The notes beneath the pieces are model-generated. The model did not search any database and was not told the origin of the DNA. It saw only the letters and a list, made by a program, of their open reading frames with translations. Position numbers and translations under genes: made by a program. Below, piece after piece: positions 1 to 7,909 of a DNA stretch of 64,000 nt (position 1 is its first letter; every line of letters starts with the position of its first letter). This stretch comes from an uncultured Prevotella sp. (GTDB lineage Bacteria; Bacteroidota; Bacteroidia; Bacteroidales; Bacteroidaceae), in NCBI GenBank assembly GCA_900315545.1, contig OMZM01000011.1, forward strand, positions 11,760-75,759, written 5' to 3'.

Positions 1-239
1 TTCGACTGGCTGCTCGTGCTGGCGTCGCTGAAGCCTATCACTCTGCCGCCAAGACGGTTTACGGCTGTCTCGAAACTCAGGCGAGTACGAGTTGATGGTT
101 CAAAAAACAGTGAGCCTACTACCCTGCCTTCGAGAATGTTCTGGTTGGGGTTCTTCTCAAATTCCTTAGCCCGTCGCAACAGCGACAGGATTTCATCCTT
201 TGTCAAGTCGGTGATGGAAATTAAACTACGGTTCTGCAT
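1..239 (-). CDS. pyrB: Aspartate carbamoyltransferase catalytic subunit, N-terminal part (runs off the window start)
   Basis: Manual minus-strand translation from ATG at 239: [21 protein letters not shown]...[22 protein letters not shown], with the carbamoyl-phosphate-binding FxEPSTRT motif. Absent from the ORF track because it is partial. Confidence 0.93.
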   Translation of the reverse strand, partial: MQNRSLISITDLTKDEILSLLRRAKEFEKNPNQNILEGRVVGSLFFEPSTRTRLSFETAVNRLGGRVIGFSDASTSSQS

Positions 240-421
240 ACTTTTGTGGGTTTTGTTTGCAAAAGTAGTGAAAATCCTGTAGCTATATGTAATATGACAA
301 TAAAAAAATTGTTAAATACAAAAAAAATCTTTCGTCAGTTAAATTATTTCCACATTTAATAGTAAATTTGCACGAAATACAAATACATACATAAATTTCT
401 AATCATATAAAACATAGACAA

Positions 422-2050
422 ATGAAAAACTCTGTTATTACATTCCCCGTGCCTGCAAACGAGCCGGTGAAAGCCTACATGAAGGGCTCGCCAGAGCGCG
501 TGGCACTCGAGAAAGAGCTGGAACGCCAAAGCAAGTTAGTAGTTGACATACCTATAATCATTGGCGGAAAGGAAATCCGTACCGGCGACGTGGGACAGAT
601 AACATGCCCTCACGACCACAAGCACGTTCTCGCTACATATCACAAGGTGGGCAAGAAGGAAGTGGAAATGGCTGTAGAGGCTGCCATGAAGGCTTGGCAG
701 GAATGGAGCCGCACGCCGTGGACTACACGCGCGGCAATAGTCATGAAGATGGCAGAGCTGCTCGCTACGAAGTATCGTCCTATAATGAATGCTGCTACTA
801 TGCTCGGACAGAGCAAGAACATATATCAGGCTGAAATAGACTCGGCTTGCGAAACTATCGACTTTTTCCGATACAACGTTCACTACGCATCGAAAATCTA
901 TGCGATGCAGCCTAAGGACGGAGTCGGACAACTGAACCATACGGAGTATCGTCCGCTGGAAGGATTTATTCTCGCCGTTACTCCGTTCAACTTCACGTCG
1001 ATTGCCTCCAACCTATGCATGACGCCTGTGCTCATGGGCAACGTGGCTCTGTGGAAACCGTCGACGACGGCTCTGCTGAGCAACTACTATCTGATGCAGC
1101 TTTACAAGGAGGTCGGACTGCCCGACGGAGTAATCAACTTCCTGCCGGGAAGCGGTGCGCTGATTGGCGAGGTAGCTACGCAGTCGAGATATTTCTCAGG
1201 CATACACTTCACGGGAAGCACGTCTACCTTCAACTCGCTGTGGCGACAGGCAGGACAGAATCTCGGCAAATACATTTCCTATCCGCGCATCGTGGGCGAA
1301 ACGGGTGGCAAGGACTTCATCTTCGTACATCCGTCGGCTGACAAGAAAGCTGTCGCTACGGCTGCCTTCTGCGGTGCCTTCGAGTTTCAGGGACAGAAGT
1401 GTTCTGCCGCATCGCGCATGTATATTCCGAAGAGTCTATGGGCTGACGTCCTGGCAGACATGAAACGTATGGCGGCTGAGATAAAGATGGGCGACGTCAT
1501 GGATGCCGGAAACTTCGTCAATGCCGTCATCGACGAGGTGTCGTTCGACAAGTGCAAGTCGTACATCGACTATGCCCGCGAGGCTGCCGACGCTGAGATA
1601 GTTCTCGGAGGCAACTGCGACAAGTCGAAGGGATGGTTTGTAGAGCCTACGGTCATAGAGACAAGCAACCCGCGCTTCAAGTCGATGGAAGAGGAGATAT
1701 TCGGTCCTATACTCACCGTTTATCCTTACGACGACGACAAGGTGGACGAGGCTGCACAGCTCTGCGACGAGACATCGCCTTACGGACTGACGGGCGCCGT
1801 GTTCGGACGCGACCGCATGGCTGTCGAGAAACTGACCGAGAAGCTGACCTATGCTGCCGGAAACTTCTACATCAACGACAAGCCTACGGGTGCCGTAGTG
1901 GGCATGCAGCCGTTCGGAGGTGCACGTGCTTCGGGCACCAACGACAAGGCGGGAGGCGAATTCAACCTCATACGCTGGATCATTCCGAGAGTAATAAAGG
2001 AAACACTTGTATCACCAACCGACTACAGATATACCTATCTGAAAGAATAA
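422..2050 (+). CDS. pruA: L-glutamate gamma-semialdehyde (P5C) dehydrogenase
   Basis: 542 aa ALDH fold; PFNFT, ETGGKDF and catalytic FEFQGQKCSAASR motifs; QPFGG near the C-terminus. Confidence 0.93.
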   Translation: MKNSVITFPVPANEPVKAYMKGSPERVALEKELERQSKLVVDIPIIIGGKEIRTGDVGQITCPHDHKHVLATYHKVGKKEVEMAVEAAMKAWQEWSRTPWTTRAAIVMKMAELLATKYRPIMNAATMLGQSKNIYQAEIDSACETIDFFRYNVHYASKIYAMQPKDGVGQLNHTEYRPLEGFILAVTPFNFTSIASNLCMTPVLMGNVALWKPSTTALLSNYYLMQLYKEVGLPDGVINFLPGSGALIGEVATQSRYFSGIHFTGSTSTFNSLWRQAGQNLGKYISYPRIVGETGGKDFIFVHPSADKKAVATAAFCGAFEFQGQKCSAASRMYIPKSLWADVLADMKRMAAEIKMGDVMDAGNFVNAVIDEVSFDKCKSYIDYAREAADAEIVLGGNCDKSKGWFVEPTVIETSNPRFKSMEEEIFGPILTVYPYDDDKVDEAAQLCDETSPYGLTGAVFGRDRMAVEKLTEKLTYAAGNFYINDKPTGAVVGMQPFGGARASGTNDKAGGEFNLIRWIIPRVIKETLVSPTDYRYTYLKE

Positions 2051-2140
2051 GAGAGCAGTTCATCCCCATGCCGGCGGCACGGAACAATGCTGATGCATGC
2101 CTGCTGTGGATGAACTTTTTTATAAAAACCAATATAATAC

Positions 2141-3415
2141 ATGAAAATCAATAAACCATTAAAACCATGTGAAGTAAACGTGTCGTCGGAGTTCGGACGC
2201 CTGCGTGCAGTCATGCTGCACCGTCCTGGCGTGGAGATAGAGCGCATGACGCCGCTGAACGCAAACCACGCGCTATACAGCGACATCCTCGACAAGAAAA
2301 TCGTCGACACCGAGTACAGCCGTTTCTGCGGAGTGCTGGAGCGCTGGACAAACGTTTACTACGTAGAAGACATTTTAGAAGAATTACTGAAAGACGAGGA
2401 GATAAAGCGACACCTCGTAAACGAAAGCGTGTTCCATTTCGGCATGAGACCCATAAAGCAGGCTGGCAACTCTGACTATCAGTTTGTCGACAGGCTCATA
2501 GAAATGGACAATGTGGAACTGGCAAAGGTTCTGATAGAAGGATACGAAAACCCCAAGTGGGACGGAAAGTCTGACGACAGATACCTGCTGGAGCCGCTCT
2601 ACAACCTGTTTTTCACGCGCGACGCATCGTCGACGGTCTACAACAGGGTACTGCTCAACTCCATGAGCTTCGACGTAAGAGAGCGCGAACCGCTCATCTA
2701 CGACACCATCTTCCGACACTTCTTCAAGGTCGACACGCTCAATGCCATGCAGTGGAACAGCAACGCACGCACTGAGGGAGGCGACGTACACATAGCAGCG
2801 CCAGACCTGCTCTGCATAGGAGAAGGCATAAGGACTAACGCAAAGGGCATAGAATACCTGGCACAGCAGTTTGCCAAAGAGCGCGAACACTTCAACATTC
2901 TCGTACAGGAACTGCCACACGAGCCGGAATCGTTCATACACCTCGACATGGTGTTCACATTCCTGGGCAAGCACCAGTGCATGGCTTTCGAGCCAATGCT
3001 GAAGAAAGAAGGAATATTCGCAGGAAAGGAGACAACACTCATCAGCATAAATCACGGCAAGATAAGCTACTGCCCGATGGATAACATCGTGAAAGGACTC
3101 AACAGTCTGGGATGGGACATAGAGCCAGTGATAGGCGGAGGAAGCGACGCATGGACACAAATGCGCGAACAGTGGCACAGCGGATGCAACTTCTTCTCTA
3201 TGGGCGACGGAAAGGTGATTGGCTACAAGCGAAACACACACACCATAGAGGCGCTCGACAAGGCTGGATTTGCAGTGCTCGATGCCGACGACATAGTAAG
3301 CGGAAAAGTGGACATGAACAACTACGAGAAGTTTGTTGCCACATTCGCAGCATCTGAACTGCCACGTGGAGGCGGAGGCGCACGATGCATGACAATGCCG
3401 ATACTGAGAGACTAA
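2141..3415 (+). CDS. arcA: Arginine deiminase
   Basis: VSSEFGRLRAVMLHRPG start, FTRD, EGGD, HLD and C-terminal GGGGARCM catalytic Cys motif. Confidence 0.85.
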   Translation: MKINKPLKPCEVNVSSEFGRLRAVMLHRPGVEIERMTPLNANHALYSDILDKKIVDTEYSRFCGVLERWTNVYYVEDILEELLKDEEIKRHLVNESVFHFGMRPIKQAGNSDYQFVDRLIEMDNVELAKVLIEGYENPKWDGKSDDRYLLEPLYNLFFTRDASSTVYNRVLLNSMSFDVREREPLIYDTIFRHFFKVDTLNAMQWNSNARTEGGDVHIAAPDLLCIGEGIRTNAKGIEYLAQQFAKEREHFNILVQELPHEPESFIHLDMVFTFLGKHQCMAFEPMLKKEGIFAGKETTLISINHGKISYCPMDNIVKGLNSLGWDIEPVIGGGSDAWTQMREQWHSGCNFFSMGDGKVIGYKRNTHTIEALDKAGFAVLDADDIVSGKVDMNNYEKFVATFAASELPRGGGGARCMTMPILRD

Positions 3416-3437
3416 AGGCAACAGCAAGCAACATAAA

Positions 3438-3475
3438 CGAAACAAGGTGCATCCGCAAGGGTGCACCTTGTTTCG
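3438..3475 (+). terminator. Intrinsic terminator after arcA
   Basis: Hairpin CGAAACAAGGTGCATCC-GCAA-GGGTGCACCTTGTTTCG. Confidence 0.75.
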
Positions 3476-3512
3476 TACTACCCTGCCCCATTACTAAAAT
3501 CAACACTAAGAC

Positions 3513-3642
3513 TGTCGGGAACGTTAACGGGAACTTCACGATGTAAACAGCGAATATGTAGCGTTGTCATATCCACCCGCGTAAGTCAGTTCCCGTACCC
3601 GTTAAGGTTGTCGTTGCAGTTATCGTTAAGGTTCCCGTTAAA
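3513..3642. repeat. 6-bp-periodic low-complexity repeat with inverted arms
   Basis: AACGTTAACGGGAAC on the left and GTTCCCGTACCCGTTAAGGTTGTCGTTGCAGTTATCGTTAAGGTTCCCGTTAA on the right (GTTnnn units); TTAACGGGAAC and GTTCCCGTTAA are reverse complements. Confidence 0.65.
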
Positions 3643-3647
3643 ATCAT

Positions 3648-4097
3648 CTCACTACAAAAACCGTGCCAAACTCGACGGAATTTTCTTTCGCGACGAAAAA
3701 TGATGAATAATTTTGACACAGAAAAACTCTCCAAATAGAATCGGAACAGCCCCTGAAACTGCAAAATTCTGTTAAATTACGGGTCGGCGATAACTGTTAA
3801 AATTGTCAAAGAGTATCTTTGACGCGCCTGTTTCGTCTATTTTGCCCTGCAAAACACAGTGCCCGACACCCCCAAACACTATGTCTGACATCCTCAAAGA
3901 GTGTGTTTGACAATCTCAAACATGCTCTTTGACATTTTTAACACTTCTATTTCCTGCACAGAAACACCATATTGCAGTTAACAAACTGACTGTCAAGAGA
4001 TTGCAGCTGCATGCGAATTTTGGGCGTATTTTGCCCCTCAGATTTCGGAAACGACTTTCGCGGGCATTCTCGCGACAGTAAACGACCCGAAATTGAT
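3648..4097 (+). repeat. Dispersed intergenic repeat family A, copy 1 (~450 bp)
   Basis: Homologous to 31544-31995 (-), 39528-39925 (+) and 62841-63252 (-). Shared ends CTCAC..CAAAAACCGTGCCAAA and TCGCGGGCATTCTCGCGACAGTAAAC..AATTGAT; internal TCAAA-N7-TTTGA array. Confidence 0.92.
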
Positions 4098-4516
4098 AAA
4101 AAAAATACTTATAGATAATTAAATCTTAAATTGAATTAAAATATAAAACATTATATTATTTATACATAATAGTTTATTATCTTTGCAAATAAATTTAGAC
4201 TCTGTAAAGTCCAAAATAAATGTAAAACTCATTGTGAAAAAAGGCAAGGACAACCTTCAGAGCCACAATGAATAAAAATGTTAGAGAAATAGTATAATAT
4301 TATTAATTTAGACATCCTTGACTAAACTGAAAAAGCAGAATTAGCACTTCAGAAAAATATCAGTTCAGCTAAGACAATGGATACCTACGCTTTAATAATG
4401 GGCGTGGATAAAAATGTTGTTGACTGATATGGGCAGTGCTAAGCCTTGCTTATCAACCACTTTCCACGCCCTATTTCATTAACAAAAAGGGGCTTTTGGC
4501 TTACTATATTACAAAT

Positions 4517-5536
4517 ATGAGACCAAACAAGGAATATGTAAAGATTAATGACAATTTAGAAAAGGTTAAAAATTTTGTCAACGAAATTATTATTACACCG
4601 AAACATGCTCTTACAAAATGGGCTAAAATTACGAATCAGACTCCTGCTGCAAAAATAGGATACATCGGACAACACCTTATTTCAATTATTACAGGAGTTC
4701 CTGGAACTGGAACAGGAGCAAGAGGGGACGATTTGGCAGATGGGTCTGAAATAAAATCATGCAACAAAATAGATCAGGTGGATAAATGTAATGATTGTGG
4801 AAGCAGAGTTCTCAGAATAGAATCAAAATGTTCTGTCTGTGGAAGTAAAAAAATAGAAAGGAAAAATGATAGCAAATGGTTGTTTGGGGTTAGAGATGAA
4901 CATGAATTAAAACAATATCTTAACATGGACAGGATAGTACTTTTATTAATGGACTATCCAAAATTTGAAGAAGGGGATTATAAAGATATTAGAATTTCTG
5001 TATTTGAAATATACCCAAAAGAAGACAGGATGAGCGTTTTTGGTAATTTATTATCAAATCATTATTACAACATTTACACACCCAAACTTAAAGACAATAA
5101 AAAAACAAATCCGATGAATCTTCATCCATGGTCATTTCAATTTTACAAGTGCAATCCTATAAAAATTTTTGAGTGCATCATAAAAAACATTGATACTTCT
5201 CCTACTATAATTATAGAAGAGGATACATATATAAAACCACTTCAAGTACGAGGCAATAATTTGAAACCATTACCAATGCCAAGTACTTTACTAAAAAAAA
5301 ATGAATGGGAAGAAATGATTTCAAAAGTAAATTATAAAACAGATATTTTACCTCTAATCTGTCAAGATTATCTTAACCATAAGAACATTACTACATTAAC
5401 AAAACTTCAATTTAAAAACCTATCTATAAAAGAGAAGCAAAAGGCTTTACCTTTTTTAGACATGAAACTTAGAGATAACATTTCTCTCAGACCTATTGTT
5501 TCTACACAGCAGAAAAAGCATTATCAAAGAGGTTAG
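4517..5536 (+). CDS. Type II restriction endonuclease, MamI-like
   Basis: GQHLISIITGVPGTGTGARGDDLADGSEIKSC segment (PD-(D/E)xK-like DLADGSEIK) resembles the MamI family as I recall it; CxxC-x11-CxxC motif; AT-rich; next to a DNA MTase. Start taken at MRPNK (4517), not the TTG/GTG-type start at 4436. Confidence 0.7.
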   Translation: MRPNKEYVKINDNLEKVKNFVNEIIITPKHALTKWAKITNQTPAAKIGYIGQHLISIITGVPGTGTGARGDDLADGSEIKSCNKIDQVDKCNDCGSRVLRIESKCSVCGSKKIERKNDSKWLFGVRDEHELKQYLNMDRIVLLLMDYPKFEEGDYKDIRISVFEIYPKEDRMSVFGNLLSNHYYNIYTPKLKDNKKTNPMNLHPWSFQFYKCNPIKIFECIIKNIDTSPTIIIEEDTYIKPLQVRGNNLKPLPMPSTLLKKNEWEEMISKVNYKTDILPLICQDYLNHKNITTLTKLQFKNLSIKEKQKALPFLDMKLRDNISLRPIVSTQQKKHYQRG

Positions 5537-6419
5537 GACTATTTGCTTCTTTAATCCTATTAAGTCCTATTTTAAAATAAGTTTCATCCAACTCAATACC
5601 TATATAATGTCTATTAAGTTGGATGCAACTTATTTGGGTCGAGGCAACACCTGAAAAAGGATCCAAAACAACATCACCTTCGTTACTACTAGTTTCGACG
5701 AGTCTTCTTATCAGCTTTAGTGGTTTCTGAGTCGGATGAAAATGTTTTTCTTTATAAAAATCTATATCTGTCCAAACATCTGTAAATCCCATTTGTGGAT
5801 TAAACGTTTGAGCTACTTTCTTATAAGGTAGTTCAAAATCTAATACAACAGATAACTTTTCCCATAAATCTTTAGTTGGGAACTGTTCACATACATTATT
5901 CCCTGTATAAATACTCCACATTCCTCCTCCATTTGATTTAACACCCAAAGATTCATTTATCTGTTTGGCAGATAATCCCTTTTCCTGTTGTTTTTCTTTT
6001 AAAAAAGGTTTTACAAATTTCTTATTGTCTTTTACAATTAGAAGTATACTTTCTGTAACATTTGGAAATATTTTATATTTCTTTGTAGCACGACCACTGA
6101 CGGCTCTCATTCCTTTGTCTATAATAATTTGCTGCCTTAATTCCAGTCCCATTTCTTCTAAGTATGGAACTAAAAGAGCTAAAGTTCTGAAATAACCAAA
6201 ACAATAGAAGCTACCTCCTATTCTTAAGATTCTTGCAGCTTCACGAATCCACTTTAATGACCACTCAACATAATCTTTTTCTGTTCTCCACTTATAATCC
6301 CACTTTTCTCCTATTACTTTCCAATATGGAGGGTCTGCAATTATAAGATCTATCGAATTATTATCGATACTTTTCATTGCTAAAATACAATCATCGTTTA
6401 TATTAATATCGTATTTCAT
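5502..6419 (-). CDS. Beta-class N6-adenine/N4-cytosine DNA methyltransferase
   Basis: Motif IV DPPY near the N-terminus, HPTQKP, and motif I DPFSG near the C-terminus. Convergent with, and overlapping by 35 bp, the endonuclease. Confidence 0.92.
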   Translation of the reverse strand: MKYDININDDCILAMKSIDNNSIDLIIADPPYWKVIGEKWDYKWRTEKDYVEWSLKWIREAARILRIGGSFYCFGYFRTLALLVPYLEEMGLELRQQIIIDKGMRAVSGRATKKYKIFPNVTESILLIVKDNKKFVKPFLKEKQQEKGLSAKQINESLGVKSNGGGMWSIYTGNNVCEQFPTKDLWEKLSVVLDFELPYKKVAQTFNPQMGFTDVWTDIDFYKEKHFHPTQKPLKLIRRLVETSSNEGDVVLDPFSGVASTQISCIQLNRHYIGIELDETYFKIGLNRIKEANSPNLFDNAFSAV

Positions 6420-6935
6420 TTTGTGGATTTATTATATTCTAAAGAAAAATTATTATGCAAATATAAATAAATATTACGAAAACCATTTTTATTTTATCAT
6501 TTTTAATTTGTTTATAATATTTATTTAACATGAATTTGTTGAACTCACTTATAATCGAGTAATAATGCTGTAATTAATCTTAATATTAACATTTATTTTT
6601 GGATTATGCAGTATTTTCTCCAAATTCGTTTTTGCATTATTTATATACTTGCGGCTGACAAATCCTGGACAGCTGGATATTCACGTAAAATATATCCTCG
6701 CAGAAGCGACTCCTATTCGAATTACATATAATTACTTATCCTGTAAAATATGTAAAATGGCAACTAAACATCTGAATTACAGTCATTTAACAAAAGCAAT
6801 CGAGAACGTCGTGTAAAATGTGTAAAGAAATTATTTGGAAATTCAATTATCAACTATTATCTTTGCAAAGGGAAATGAATATACGAGAATATCTGGATAT
6901 TAAAAATAAATACATTATTTAATTGTGTTTAAACT

Positions 6936-7193
6936 ATGGAAGTAAGACAATATCGCCAACTATTTAAAAACCTGCTGAACGACGTTGCAAATTCAGTTAT
7001 TGTCGTTGCATTGCTGATATATCCCATTGTTTGGGTGTTGAACATATCCTCTGATATTCAGCAGGAAGTTAATTTTAAATTATATGTCAATTATGTTTTG
7101 ATTGCATTTTTCGGCAAGCAGTTGGGGCGGCTGTTTATTTTACTTTGGTCAAGACGCTCCAAGAAGAATAAGGACGGCTCTGAGAAAGCATGA
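6936..7193 (+). CDS. Small hypothetical membrane protein (two hydrophobic segments)
   Basis: 85 aa ORF downstream of a TATCTTTG promoter box and followed by a hairpin terminator. Confidence 0.55.
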   Translation: MEVRQYRQLFKNLLNDVANSVIVVALLIYPIVWVLNISSDIQQEVNFKLYVNYVLIAFFGKQLGRLFILLWSRRSKKNKDGSEKA

Positions 7194-7232
7194 TGGCAAT
7201 GCACAGTAAGGCTAACTAACGTTTAGAAAACA

Positions 7233-7265
7233 GGAGATGTTGTGAGTTATTTTCACAACATCTCC
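7233..7265 (+). terminator. Hairpin terminator
   Basis: GGAGATGTTGTGA-GTTATTT-TCACAACATCTCC. Confidence 0.65.
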
Positions 7266-7281
7266 CAAATATACAAACACC

Positions 7282-7443
7282 ATGAAAAAGATTTTACTAT
7301 TTACCCTGCTGTTTTTATGCAGTTATGCTGCTGTGGCTCAGGTGGTGAGCGACAGCGTGAATACCGCTTTGCCTATGACGTATTCTACACCAATACGGTG
7401 TAATTTGAACGTCGCATATTTACCGATACCGAGCAGATTGTAA
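7282..7443 (+). pseudogene. Truncated secreted-protein gene remnant (53 codons)
   Basis: Manual translation MKKILLFTLLFLCSYAAVAQVVSDSV...: a typical Sec signal peptide followed by only ~30 residues and a stop. Confidence 0.45.
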
Positions 7444-7693
7444 CAAGCATCAGGCTACGCGAACGCAGCATTTTCGCAAAACTGTCCGTTAACCTGTAAT
7501 GGCAATTTCACAAATTACCAAGAAAGAATACTACCCAACATACTGAAAACACACAAATTTTTCTTCTTTGCAACTGTTTGGTTGTAAATTTCAGAACTCT
7601 AAATGAAAATTTTTCAAACATTATGACTTAATTTGCAGAAAACTTGTATCTTTGCACTGTGTTTCGTAAGAGACGCTACATTATTTGCTCAAT

Positions 7694-7849
7694 TTCTCTA
7701 CCGAATTAGGACCTCGAATGAGACAAACGAGTATTACCAATATACATTGGAGCTACGCCCATAAAAGCGTAGTCTATACCATAGTTATATTGGAGGCTGT
7801 CCTAAGCCCGGTAGAGAATATGGCAGGGCTGCGCTTTCCTTTTCTATAA
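7694..7849 (+). ncRNA. Candidate structured 5' leader RNA (element L1)
   Basis: TTCTCTACCG-AA-TTAGGAC (7694-7712) pairs with GTCCTAA-GCC-CGGTAGAGAA (7799-7818); lies just after a TGTATCTTTGCA promoter box; same architecture as L2 at 25696-25903. Confidence 0.6.
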
Positions 7850-7909
7850 AGGATTGTGCAGATGCTAAAGACGAATAAGGCAATATTGCACAACTAAAAA
7901 ATAACAGGT

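Noticed and set aside
16-282. 88-aa + strand ORF
   Set aside because: Shadow of the pyrB N-terminus on the minus strand.
3461-3764. Short ORFs over the repeats (3461-3703, 3567-3764, 31564-31749, 39448-39687)
   Set aside because: Frames are not preserved between repeat copies; the TLTITATTTLTGTGT stretch simply reflects the 6-bp periodic repeat.
3648-4097. Calling family A a classical MITE or IS
   Set aside because: The two ends are not inverted repeats, no target-site duplication is evident, and there is no transposase in the window.
6738-6830. Repeated TGTAAAAT(A/G)TGTAAA motif upstream of the 85-aa ORF
   Set aside because: Only two short copies in AT-rich DNA; cannot be distinguished from chance without a genome-wide count.
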